Shown here: positions 27,845 to 37,083 of the stretch, in pieces
Position numbering within the stretch: the first letter of the stretch is position 1
Layout of the letters: every line of letters begins with the position of its first letter
Source of the DNA: Thermoproteota archaeon
GTDB lineage: Archaea > Korarchaeota > Korarchaeia > Korarchaeales > Korarchaeaceae
DNA: 64,000 nt
Direction: 5' to 3'
NCBI GenBank assembly: GCA_027491485.1
Contig: JAOZGR010000002.1
Span: 75,661-139,660, forward strand
Made by a program: the position numbers and the translations under genes
Notes under the pieces: model-generated
Told to the model about the DNA's origin: nothing
The model's database searches: none
The model's input: only the letters and a program-made list of their open reading frames with translations

Positions 27845-29872
27845 ATGAATGATCCCATTGTGGTAGGCATTGACATAAAGTCTGGTTCGCCGAGGTCAAA
27901 GCAGAGGCCGCTGTACTCAGTTTCCATTGTTAGTAATGATGGTGTATTATTCGAGAAGGAAGTAGCTACGTTCGATGAGATAATAGCATTGATGAATAGG
28001 TATGGTGCTACTATTCTAGCAACAGACAATGTGTACGAGCTAGCAAGAGATTCAAAGGGTTTAAGGGAGATAATAAGCAAGCTCCCTTCGGGTAGCAAGT
28101 TAGTTCAGGTGACGGGCTCTCCTAATAACTTTAGACCCCTATCTTCGATAGCGAAAGAAATGGGTCTATCTACTCCTTCCCGTAAAGATCCGTTAGAGTC
28201 GGCCAGATTGATAGCGCAGCTAGCCCTCAGAGGTGTGGGTTTCGAAGTAGTCGCAATGTATCCTGAGACGAGGATCCTGATAACGAGGAATCGAAGTGTA
28301 AAACAAGGTGGTTCTGGAAGCGATAGGTGGAGAAGATCTATAGAGGCAAGTATCTTAAGTGAAGCTAATAGGATAGCGACGGAATTAGATCTAGCTAACC
28401 TAGACTACGATCTTTACGTTGAAAGAGCTTCAGGCGGCCTTAGAAGAGCTGAATTCATAGTTTATGCAGGTATGAGTGAGGTTAGGAAGGTTGTAAAAGA
28501 GAGTAGCGAATGGGCCCCTCTTCGCATATTCCTAAGGGAATCTTGGAGGAGGAAGATTAAGTTCCCATCAGGTGACGTGGTAAAGCTACCCAAATCCAGA
28601 CCAATAATAGTTGGGATAGACCCTGGTATGTCTGTTGGACTCGCTATTTTGGATCTAAAGGGAAATCTACTCCTCCTAAAGACATTAAGAAGGGCCTCTC
28701 GCTCTGAGATTATAGAAGAAATTCTAGATCATGGCTACCCTGTTATAATCGCTACGGATGTTAACCCTCCCCCAAAGAGCGTTATTAAGATAGCAAATAC
28801 ATTTGACTCAAAGCTTGTAGTGGCGAAATACGATATGAAAGCTGAGGAGAAAAAGAGAATAGTCTCAGAGTATGAAGAGCGAACGGGTATAAGAGTTGAG
28901 AGTTCGCATGAAAGGGATTCCTTGGCTGCCGCATTAAAGGTTTACTTAAAGGTAAAGAATCTCATTACCAAGATAAGACAGAGGATAAATGAGCTAGATC
29001 TCCCCTTAGATCCAGATGAAATCGCCAGAAAAGTATTGAAGGGAATGTCGATATCTCTAGCCATTGAAGAGGCTCTCTCAGAGGAAGTTAAGAAGGATAG
29101 AGATCTTGGCCTCAAACATAAATACAGTGAGGTCAGAAGGGAGCTTAGAAGGGCAAACAGGTATATTAGGAGTCTTATGAGTAAGATAGCTGAGCTAAAA
29201 AGAGATATAGAAAGATATGAGGCCTTACTTAGGGAAAAAGAGGAGGAGATAGCTGAGCTAAAGAAAAGGATTGAGCTCCTGGAGGATAGGAGAAACATGG
29301 AGATAGAGGTAGATAGGAGAATATCAGCTAGAGATGCTAGGATTAGAGAATTAGAGAAACAGTTGGCTAGGGAACGATGGAAAATAGATCTCTTGAGATC
29401 CCAGATAAATCAGCTTACCTCCCAAGATAAGCCCCCTGAGGGAATAAGACTGACAGTCCTCCCATCTTTGTCGAAAGATAGGATAGAAATGCTACAAAGT
29501 CGGGTAAGTAATGTAGGAGAAGTTATAGTGGCTCTAGATGCCTCGGGAGCAAGTTCAGGCATATTAAGGAAGTTAAAAGATCTTGGGATTAGAGCAATAC
29601 TCTATAGAGGAAGCCCTCCTCCTAAGCAATTCATAGAAAGTGCGAGGAGTATGAATATTGTTGTCGGATCCGTTGATGAATATAAGATAGTATGGAGTGG
29701 AATCACGCCTGTAATCCCAAGTGAAGAGGCATTTAGGCTCTTAGCAAAGCTCAACGAGGACCTTCTAAAGGAGAAAATGGAGGTAGAAACAGATCTATTA
29801 AACATCATTAGGAGTTATAGACTATCACTAGCGAAATCGCGGATAGATCAAGAGGTCCTTGATGAAGAATGA
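27845..29872 (+). CDS. DUF460/COG2433 protein (RNase H-fold, YqgF/RuvC-like, with coiled coil)
   Basis: VVGIDI, LATDNVYEL, LVQVTG, GGSG.DR.RR, IIVGIDPG..VG.A.LD..G, ATDV.PPP, HERD.LAAA; long coiled coil. Confidence 0.85.
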   Translation: MNDPIVVGIDIKSGSPRSKQRPLYSVSIVSNDGVLFEKEVATFDEIIALMNRYGATILATDNVYELARDSKGLREIISKLPSGSKLVQVTGSPNNFRPLSSIAKEMGLSTPSRKDPLESARLIAQLALRGVGFEVVAMYPETRILITRNRSVKQGGSGSDRWRRSIEASILSEANRIATELDLANLDYDLYVERASGGLRRAEFIVYAGMSEVRKVVKESSEWAPLRIFLRESWRRKIKFPSGDVVKLPKSRPIIVGIDPGMSVGLAILDLKGNLLLLKTLRRASRSEIIEEILDHGYPVIIATDVNPPPKSVIKIANTFDSKLVVAKYDMKAEEKKRIVSEYEERTGIRVESSHERDSLAAALKVYLKVKNLITKIRQRINELDLPLDPDEIARKVLKGMSISLAIEEALSEEVKKDRDLGLKHKYSEVRRELRRANRYIRSLMSKIAELKRDIERYEALLREKEEEIAELKKRIELLEDRRNMEIEVDRRISARDARIRELEKQLARERWKIDLLRSQINQLTSQDKPPEGIRLTVLPSLSKDRIEMLQSRVSNVGEVIVALDASGASSGILRKLKDLGIRAILYRGSPPPKQFIESARSMNIVVGSVDEYKIVWSGITPVIPSEEAFRLLAKLNEDLLKEKMEVETDLLNIIRSYRLSLAKSRIDQEVLDEE

Positions 29873-29920
29873 CCCCTAATCCCAACTGCTGATGAGGAAA
29901 ATATATTTAATGCAGTCTGA
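29859..29920 (+). ncRNA. Candidate box C/D guide sRNA
   Basis: TTGATGA (C-like) ... CCCCTAATCCCAACTG CTGA (D') TGAGGA (C'-like) ... CTGA (D); 62 nt. The first guide is complementary to CAGUUGGGAU, which I recall from crenarchaeal 16S rRNA. Box spacing is non-canonical. Confidence 0.35.
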
Positions 29921-29944
29921 GGTAACTTTAGTGGTGGATAAAAT

Positions 29945-30112
29945 ATGCCTAGAGGTACACACGGTGCCTTGAATAAGGCTGGGAAGGTAAGGTCGCTTAC
30001 GCCTAAGGTAGAGGCTAGACCCAGGAGAAGTCCCGTACCCAGAGTGAGGATTAAGAAGATTTATAGGAAGAGGTTCATCCTAGGTAGGAAGCCAGGACAA
30101 CACCCCATCTAA
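29945..30112 (+). CDS. rps30e: 30S ribosomal protein S30e (eS30)
   Basis: Hand-translated: MPRGTHGALNKAGKVRSLTPKVEARPRRSPVPRVRIKKIYRKRFILGRKPGQHPI*; HG.L.KAGKVR..TPK signature. Confidence 0.95.
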   Translation: MPRGTHGALNKAGKVRSLTPKVEARPRRSPVPRVRIKKIYRKRFILGRKPGQHPI

Positions 30113-30157
30113 GGGAAGTTTTTTTAGAACTGATTCCTTTATTCGAAGGGAGATAGC

Positions 30158-31297
30158 TTGCCGATATTCCTTTCACTACAGCCTTTTGGTATAGTAGTCC
30201 TTGGACCTAAAGGAGAGATAATCTCTTCAAACGGTTTTCCCAGAGACCCTGAAGTTGTTAGTCGAATAATAGCCGATGGGAAAGCTATTGAGAGGATGAT
30301 TAGCAAGTTATTACCAAAATTAAGGCAGGAAGATGAATTATATGTCAATGATCAGCTTTTAAAGGAAGTAATGGGTGAAATGGGAATCAAAGCCATACTT
30401 TCCCCGAACGAAGAACCTTTCTTAAAGGTTAGAAGGTCTCCACATAAGTTTGCATCAGTTGTATGGAAGGGGATCGGGCCTAGAGAATATTACGATTTCT
30501 TGAACGATCTGGGAATTGAGCTTACTAAGTTAAGGATAAGAAGGCAGCTAAGTTCTTTGGATCAGCAGATAATAAAGGCGATAGACTATATAGATCACGT
30601 AAATAAGGCCCTGAATATCTTGGCGCCCGCCATAAGAGAATGGTACTCCATACACTTTCCTGAACTCGATGAACTAGTTGAGGATCACCCAATATTCATG
30701 AGGATAGTATCTCTAGAACCCAATAGGGTCAAAATGACTGTAGAAATTTTGAAGAGAGCAGGATTAACAGATAAGAAGGCTAAAGAGATCATAAAGGTCA
30801 GAGAAGAATCGATGGGAGCTGATCTGAGCGAAGAGGATCTAGAGATAGTGAAAAATGTGGCTAGAAATTGGGTATCTCTATACGAGTCTAGGGAAAGGGT
30901 TGAGAAATTTATCGAAAGTTTAATGAAGAGAGCGGCACCTAACCTCTCTGCTGTCGTACATCCGCTGGTAGGTGCTAGGTTAATAGCCACAGCTGGTGGG
31001 CTAGAGAGATTAGCTAAGTTACCTGCTAGCTCCATACAGATATTAGGTGCGCATAAGGCGATCTTCATGCACTTGGTGAAAGGTGCTAAGCCGCCGAAAC
31101 ATGGAATCTTATTCCAAGCCAAGGAAGTTAGAGGTGCTCCTAAGAAGCTAAGAGGTAAGATAGCACGGTTATTGGCCACAAAGATAGCCATAGCTTCCAG
31201 GATAGATGCTTTCGGGAGAGAGAAATATGTAGGAGATGAGTTAAGGAAAGAGATAGATGAAAAATTGAAGAACCTATTGAGAGGTGGTAAGAAATGA
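30158..31297 (+). CDS. nop5: Box C/D RNP protein Nop5 (Nop56/58)
   Basis: REWYS.HFPEL, APNLS, GARLIA.AGGL..LA.LPAS.IQ.LGA.KA, PPKHG. Confidence 0.96.
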   Translation: MPIFLSLQPFGIVVLGPKGEIISSNGFPRDPEVVSRIIADGKAIERMISKLLPKLRQEDELYVNDQLLKEVMGEMGIKAILSPNEEPFLKVRRSPHKFASVVWKGIGPREYYDFLNDLGIELTKLRIRRQLSSLDQQIIKAIDYIDHVNKALNILAPAIREWYSIHFPELDELVEDHPIFMRIVSLEPNRVKMTVEILKRAGLTDKKAKEIIKVREESMGADLSEEDLEIVKNVARNWVSLYESRERVEKFIESLMKRAAPNLSAVVHPLVGARLIATAGGLERLAKLPASSIQILGAHKAIFMHLVKGAKPPKHGILFQAKEVRGAPKKLRGKIARLLATKIAIASRIDAFGREKYVGDELRKEIDEKLKNLLRGGKK

Positions 31298-31980
31298 AGG
31301 TTAAAGAGGACCAAAAGTTTAAAAATATCTTCTGGATTCTGGATGGAAAGAAACAACTTGCCACCAAAAACCTAGTCCCAGGACATCGCGTTTACGACGA
31401 GATTGTTAGACAAGTGAAGGGAGTGGAGTATCGTATATGGAACCCCTATAGATCTAAGCTAGCTGCTGCTCTCTACAAAGGGATGAGCGTCTTTCCCTTT
31501 AAGAAGGGAAGTAAGGTCCTCTACTTAGGCATAGCGTCCGGAACAACTGCCTCCCATGTAAGCGATATCATAGAGAATGATGGTGTTATTTTTGGAGTAG
31601 AAATAGCCCATAGGGTTATGAGAGATCTCCTATCCGTCGCATCAGTCAGGAAGAATATCATCCCCATATTAGAAAGTGCTAGAAGACCTCAAAACTATTC
31701 ATGGATTGTACCGGAAGTAGATGTAGTTTACGAAGATGTCGCTCAACCAGACCAAGCTAAGATACTCATAAAGAATTCAGATATCTACTTGAAGAGAGGG
31801 GGTTACTCCCTAATAGCCGTTAAGAGTAGTAGTATAGATGTAACACTCTCCCCAAAGAAGGTTTACAGAATGGTGGAGAAGGAAATTACCTCAACCGGAA
31901 GGTACAAGCTAGTAGAGACTATAGACCTGGCACCATATGATCCGAAGCATGCCATGATAATCTTCAAAAAATTACGATAG
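31294..31980 (+). CDS. flpA: Fibrillarin 2'-O-methyltransferase
   Basis: EYR.WNP.RSKLAAA, VLYLG.ASGTTASHVSDI, DVAQPDQ. Confidence 0.97.
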   Translation: MKVKEDQKFKNIFWILDGKKQLATKNLVPGHRVYDEIVRQVKGVEYRIWNPYRSKLAAALYKGMSVFPFKKGSKVLYLGIASGTTASHVSDIIENDGVIFGVEIAHRVMRDLLSVASVRKNIIPILESARRPQNYSWIVPEVDVVYEDVAQPDQAKILIKNSDIYLKRGGYSLIAVKSSSIDVTLSPKKVYRMVEKEITSTGRYKLVETIDLAPYDPKHAMIIFKKLR

Positions 31981-33111
31981 TTCCCCGATAATTTCCTCAA
32001 TCTCCTTTATGGAGGCGTTGGTCTTCACTCCAAGCGGTTCTAAGTGAGTTCTAGACGAGAAAAACCCCCTCTCTCTTAACTTAATGATAACTTTGTTTAT
32101 CTTAGGTGTTCTTACCTTTAGGCGAGAGCATATCTCATCCAGCATGTAGTAGAAGGGTGGACCGTTGGATTCCGAACTTAATTGATCTAAGAGGACTTTT
32201 AGCTCGTCGCTAAGAGACTTGTCCATCTTATCTATTAACTCTGGGTCCGAGATCTTCTCTAACCAGATCGGGCCCATCAACATACCATTACATTCCCTTT
32301 TTGGGATCTCCAAGCCTTTATGTGTAATCCAATTATCGTTGCAGCACTCCACCCAGCCCAAGCTATTCTTGATCGTATGTGAGGAGAGCGATGGGCTCTT
32401 CCTTATCCTAAAGAATACCCTGATGTAATGTTCTCTTCCATAGGACAATATTGGTGTTGCTAAGAGGTCCAGCCTTGCAGCTACTCTGGTTATGAATGAA
32501 ATGAGTGACCTAATCCCAAATTCCTTATGGAATGGTGTTTTCTTACCCCATATGCCGTAAAACCTATGGAGCTTATCAGGATAGATCCCAAAGAGAGGAG
32601 GAGTATCTGTAGCTGTTACACCTATTATCCCTCCACCCCTCACAGCCCTCAAAAACGAGTCTATATAAGGTGCCGGGGAACCAAACGGATCTAGATCTAT
32701 ATAATCTACCCTTTCTCCCTCCCAAGACATCCTTTCAGCCTCAAGCCTAGCATCAGAGCACTTAACTTTGATTTCTTTGAAGAGTCCATTCAACTCTACA
32801 TTCTTCCTCATGATATAGGCAGCTAAGTAGTTAGAATCATTAGCTATCACATGCTCAGCTCCTCCCTCTAATACAAGTCTGATGGCCCTAACCCCCGAAG
32901 CCGCCATTAGATCTGCTGCCGTCTTTAGCGAGAGAGTGGAAAAGAGGGAAATTGTTACATCCCTATTTAACTTCATTCGAGGGTTGTAGAATACCGGCGC
33001 TCTAGTATAAGATATGCCCAGTCTCTCCAGATAATCTAGGTCTGTCGAGTAGAAGTTAGCTTCACCTTCCCTATATAGCTTAAGTGGTATATTCAATTCG
33101 GTTGGGGTCAC
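31972..33111 (-). CDS. trm1: tRNA (guanine-26-N2)-dimethyltransferase
   Basis: APVFYNPRM.LNRD, ASGVRAIR, DLDPFGSP, VTATD, SRTH..P.GVKT. Confidence 0.95.
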   Translation of the reverse strand: MTPTELNIPLKLYREGEANFYSTDLDYLERLGISYTRAPVFYNPRMKLNRDVTISLFSTLSLKTAADLMAASGVRAIRLVLEGGAEHVIANDSNYLAAYIMRKNVELNGLFKEIKVKCSDARLEAERMSWEGERVDYIDLDPFGSPAPYIDSFLRAVRGGGIIGVTATDTPPLFGIYPDKLHRFYGIWGKKTPFHKEFGIRSLISFITRVAARLDLLATPILSYGREHYIRVFFRIRKSPSLSSHTIKNSLGWVECCNDNWITHKGLEIPKRECNGMLMGPIWLEKISDPELIDKMDKSLSDELKVLLDQLSSESNGPPFYYMLDEICSRLKVRTPKINKVIIKLRERGFFSSRTHLEPLGVKTNASIKEIEEIIGELS

Positions 33112-33651
33112 ATGAGGAAAGAGGGTAAGTATATAATAAGGGGTAGACCAGGCTCTGGCAAGTCTACGACAGTCGAATTAGTGAGAAATAGATTAGAAAA
33201 TATGGGCGTCAGAGTAGGAGGAATTAGGACGCCCGAAGTGAGAGAAAGGGACGTCAGAGTGGGTTTTATGGTGGAAGACGTAGATAGCAATATGAAGGAA
33301 ATGTTTGCCTCCGTGAACTATACAGGAGGACCTAGAATCTCCAAATACACGGTTAATATTAGCATTTTTGAAGATATAGCCATACCTGCCCTAGAAAGGG
33401 CATTGGCCGAATCAGATGTGATTATAATTGATGAAATAGGGAAGATGGAGTTATTTTCTCAGAAGTTTGAGGAAGTAGTGCTTAAGATATGGGAGTCAAG
33501 TAAAGTTGTGATAGCGACAGCCCCAGTATCTAGAATACCATTTGTAGAGAGAATATGCGAGTATTCAAAGGTCTACTGGCTGAAGAGAGGGGAATCGGAG
33601 AGGATAGCTAATACCCTAATCGGGGAGATCACTCAGTATCTGGGTATTTAA
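33112..33651 (+). CDS. Nucleoside triphosphatase (THEP1/COG1618 family)
   Basis: Walker A GRPGSGKST, GG..TPEVR, IIIDEIGKME. Confidence 0.92.
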   Translation: MRKEGKYIIRGRPGSGKSTTVELVRNRLENMGVRVGGIRTPEVRERDVRVGFMVEDVDSNMKEMFASVNYTGGPRISKYTVNISIFEDIAIPALERALAESDVIIIDEIGKMELFSQKFEEVVLKIWESSKVVIATAPVSRIPFVERICEYSKVYWLKRGESERIANTLIGEITQYLGI

Positions 33652-33910
33652 TCAGTTTTGCTTCCTTTTTACTCTCTACTAAGTAAACTCTCTTTCCTAC
33701 GAACTCAAAAGACCTATCGAGAGGGACTAGTATCTTCACCAAAGCATATGGCTCGTGAACTGGCCCTATTATGTCGCTGATTACGCCGATAAGTGTTAGG
33801 TCCTCTGATACCACCTTACGATCCTTTAGATCCTTTTCTGGAAGTGATTTCAACTTAACTAGGAAGTTCCTAGATCTAGTAACCTTAATAACCTCACCCA
33901 GTGCTTTCAT
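33629..33910 (-). CDS. gar1: H/ACA RNP protein Gar1
   Basis: LG.V......V......IG.I.DIIGPV.EPY.LVK; follows srp19. Confidence 0.88.
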   Translation of the reverse strand: MKALGEVIKVTRSRNFLVKLKSLPEKDLKDRKVVSEDLTLIGVISDIIGPVHEPYALVKILVPLDRSFEFVGKRVYLVESKKEAKLIKYPDTE

Positions 33911-34190
33911 CCTTGCCTGCCCTCAGTCTCCTTCCTATCTCTTTAAGGAGCTGTTCCTTGCTCCCTTGATACCAGACCTTGATCCTACCCTCCATCCTAT
34001 ACCATCTGGACGGTCTATGCTTCTCTCTCTCCACTTCATATTGTAAGGAAAGCCCTAATAAAGCTCTTTCAATATCTTGAAGGCTTGGCTTCCTCACAGC
34101 TAGCTTTCTAGGTACCCTCCTACCTCTTGACCTGCTGAGTCTGGAGTCAAAATAGGATGGATATATTATCTTCGGCCCTTTAGGAGGCAA
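33894..34190 (-). CDS. srp19: Signal recognition particle protein SRP19
   Basis: IYP.YFDS.LSR..GRRVP..LAV..P, HRP.RW...GR, K..LL..I. Confidence 0.95.
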   Translation of the reverse strand: MPPKGPKIIYPSYFDSRLSRSRGRRVPRKLAVRKPSLQDIERALLGLSLQYEVEREKHRPSRWYRMEGRIKVWYQGSKEQLLKEIGRRLRAGKDESTG

Positions 34191-34584
34191 CCTCCTCCCT
34201 CAGTAGGATTCCATTGAGTATGCCGTGCTGACCCGGTCGAGATGTTATTTTAACCATGCCTATCTCAGTCTTCACTATTGCACCTTTGGTAATTATCCCC
34301 CTCCTCTTTAAGACCTTGCTCGCTGGGTTATCTATCACATCAAGTATCTTAACCCTCTTTGTCTGTCCATCACCAACGGCTACATTCACCTCATGATCAG
34401 ATACTAGTCTAAGCTTCCAGTTACCCCCCATTACCCTAATGTGCTTTAGTTTCCTAATGCCAACGACCGTAAAAGCTGGGGGTCTGCCGGCTTCTCTTCT
34501 CCTCTTCCCTCTACTTTTCCTAATCTTGCCTCCTGTTGGTTTTCTACCTCCGGGCATTACTGGACCGTGGTAGTAGTAGGGCAT
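34180..34584 (-). CDS. rps8e: 30S ribosomal protein S8e (eS8)
   Basis: RKPTGGK, RVMGGN.K, NPA....RR.IITKGAI, TSRPGQ.G. Confidence 0.96.
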   Translation of the reverse strand: MPYYYHGPVMPGGRKPTGGKIRKSRGKRRREAGRPPAFTVVGIRKLKHIRVMGGNWKLRLVSDHEVNVAVGDGQTKRVKILDVIDNPASKVLKRRGIITKGAIVKTEIGMVKITSRPGQHGILNGILLREEVAS

Positions 34585-34607
34585 ATATTCCTCACCGTAC
34601 TAGCAGA

Positions 34608-35762
34608 TCACTTCCCATTAATAAGGTTCGCTAAGATGGCGAAGACTACGGAGCCCGCTATCAATGCAAGGTCTAGTTGGCTCAGCCCTATTTCGGCTCT
34701 AGTAATAAGTATAGACCAGATAATTGGGTATGAGGAATGATCTCTATTCTCCTTAAATAGCCTGTAGCTATAACCTGACAGTATACCAATAAGTAAGCTG
34801 AGGAGGATGATTCCCAAGGTTCCATATATTAGTGAGAATTCCACGAATATCGTAGGTGTTATACCATATTCTTTCCCGAAAATCCCCCTTCCTATTGTCT
34901 GTGATGGATGTAGTGGTACTGAGAACAGCCATAGGGGATCTCTAGTGAGTGGTAGCGATAAAGACCAGTTAAGAAGCTCCATAGAGTAGTAGTACGTAGT
35001 CCCTAATCTGTAAGCAATTCTACACATGAGGGGGACATTTATATCTGTCCTAATCAGGTCTACAAAGAGAAATAGCACCAAAAATGTGGCTAGCAAGATA
35101 TAGGAAGACCTACCCCCTCTCTTGTAAACTATGATAAATGAGGATAGGAGTATTAGGGCTGCATCTGCTCTAAATCCGTGTAGTAACATTAATCCTAAAC
35201 TTAAAGCTATGAACAGGGGAGGTAAGGCTCTATTCTCATTCGATAAGAGGTAGTCAAGAATGCTTGGAAACGATATGAATAGTAAGAACATTCCAAAGGC
35301 CCCTTCTGGGGGGGTTAGTGGCAAAGCCCTAATTGCGTGCCAGCTGCCATATCTCGAGAAGGAATGTACTATAAAGAGCGCCCCCATGACGTATATCAGG
35401 ATTGAATATCGTGGGAAGCCATTATGATTGAATATATTACTAGAGATTGCCGACAAGCCGAGTACAAGAGTCCATAACGTTGCAATGACTGTCGCCCATG
35501 GGATACCGGAGATCCCCCTAAATGATGCGAAGATCGTTAGGAAAACGACTAATACTCCTAGGAGGAGGGAGGCCTTGGTTACCTTCTTAAAGTTCATATG
35601 AGAGACTCTAGTCCCTAAGTAAAGACATAGTATCCCTAAAGCATTGATCACTAGCCATAACAAGCTGAATCCAAATCTTGGAATCCCTGATAGAAGTATC
35701 AAGAGTAATACTGCAGATACGCCAATAGGAGGGCTCAGGAGTTCCTGCTTAATCTTGTTCAT
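34608..35762 (-). CDS. Wzy-like (oligosaccharide repeat unit polymerase-like) polytopic membrane protein, paralog 2
   Basis: About 11 hydrophobic segments; GFR, R...T, GITPTIF..F....G and late E.G motifs shared with the upstream paralog. Confidence 0.65.
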   Translation of the reverse strand: MNKIKQELLSPPIGVSAVLLLILLSGIPRFGFSLLWLVINALGILCLYLGTRVSHMNFKKVTKASLLLGVLVVFLTIFASFRGISGIPWATVIATLWTLVLGLSAISSNIFNHNGFPRYSILIYVMGALFIVHSFSRYGSWHAIRALPLTPPEGAFGMFLLFISFPSILDYLLSNENRALPPLFIALSLGLMLLHGFRADAALILLSSFIIVYKRGGRSSYILLATFLVLFLFVDLIRTDINVPLMCRIAYRLGTTYYYSMELLNWSLSLPLTRDPLWLFSVPLHPSQTIGRGIFGKEYGITPTIFVEFSLIYGTLGIILLSLLIGILSGYSYRLFKENRDHSSYPIIWSILITRAEIGLSQLDLALIAGSVVFAILANLINGK

Positions 35763-37068
35763 TGCCAGCCCTCAGGGAAAGTATTACTATAATTGACGAA
35801 ATCAGTAGATATCCATAGATATTGATGTCTAGTATGCCAGTTTCTATCCCTACTAGAGTATAGGCGTAGAATATAGCATAGGGACCCAGTAAGTGCTTTC
35901 CCTGGGCTGATATTTTATAAGATAATGTCATGAGATACGCTGCTATGAATGGTACTATTAAGGCCCCTAATAGCCCCCAATCTAGGAGCGGTCCTCCTAC
36001 TAACGTGGCTGTGGTAGAGACGGTCCTTCTTCCCCTAGTATATATACTTATGAGCGTTCTAGGACCGTACCTGGTGCCTCTTATCAAGCCAAGGGAAGAT
36101 AGGGCCGCTAGATGTACCCAGCCTCCTGTAACGGGCCTTAGGCTGTAGAGCCTAACTATTGTATCTAAAGCTGCTACTGTTATCGTGGGCCTGTATAATA
36201 CTGAAAGAATTGGATCTTGAACCAACCCCGTTGTTACCGATCTAATCGCACCAACTCCCACAAAGAACACTCCTGCTAGTATAAGCCCGAGTACTATGTG
36301 AGTTTTATCTATAAGTTCCTTATAATAGAGGACCACCATCACAGCAAGTAGGTAAGCTATCATCTCAGTCCTAAAAGCTAGGAAAAAAGATGGAAGGAAG
36401 CCGACCAAGGTTAGGGCATATGCACTACATCTCCTAAGATCTAAAGAGGAGAGGAGAAACGCGGTTCCTGGAACGGTGGTCCAAGCTAGGTAGTTCAATA
36501 GAGGGGATAAACCTTTCCTAAGTTCATCATTTAGGAGAGGTAGACCGCCTACCCTGCTGATCTGTATAACAAATGCCGCATATCCTACGATGAACATTAA
36601 CAGGCCTGCTAAGAGGACCAGATTCCTAGTATCTGCTACACGTAACCCCTCTTCTCTTGAAGCTATTGCGATAGCAATTGACATCGAAATAACCACAGAG
36701 TAAAGGAGTAGAATTGTATTAGGAGAGACCCTAACTAGGGATAACCAGAAGAAGAGGAGCATACCCAAGGGAAGGGCCCAGGGGGAGGTAATCAGTTGGA
36801 AAGGCCTCTCCATTATACGGCTGAAGTTATAGGTCTTGCTTGAAAGCATGTCACCACGCGGGACTATCCTACACAACCTATCGAGGAACGCTAGTACACG
36901 AGATGAGCTGACAGATGAAGTTAACGCATCCTTAATGCTGACGACTAGCTCATAGCTTTTGCTCATTTTAACTATATCGGTAAGCCTGGTAGTAGGCAAT
37001 CCTGCCCTCTTCAGCATCTTTGCTATTAAGGATCCCTTTACAGACCTTACGAGAAAGGATACTATCAA
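35749..37068 (-). CDS. Wzy-like (oligosaccharide repeat unit polymerase-like) polytopic membrane protein, paralog 1
   Basis: GGLPLL...LR, AFRT, YRP..T, STTATLVGGPLLDWG, GIETG motifs, as recalled for archaeal putative O-antigen polymerases. Confidence 0.7.
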   Translation of the reverse strand: MIVSFLVRSVKGSLIAKMLKRAGLPTTRLTDIVKMSKSYELVVSIKDALTSSVSSSRVLAFLDRLCRIVPRGDMLSSKTYNFSRIMERPFQLITSPWALPLGMLLFFWLSLVRVSPNTILLLYSVVISMSIAIAIASREEGLRVADTRNLVLLAGLLMFIVGYAAFVIQISRVGGLPLLNDELRKGLSPLLNYLAWTTVPGTAFLLSSLDLRRCSAYALTLVGFLPSFFLAFRTEMIAYLLAVMVVLYYKELIDKTHIVLGLILAGVFFVGVGAIRSVTTGLVQDPILSVLYRPTITVAALDTIVRLYSLRPVTGGWVHLAALSSLGLIRGTRYGPRTLISIYTRGRRTVSTTATLVGGPLLDWGLLGALIVPFIAAYLMTLSYKISAQGKHLLGPYAIFYAYTLVGIETGILDINIYGYLLISSIIVILSLRAGNEQD

Positions 37069-37083
37069 GCTACCTTCACCCTT

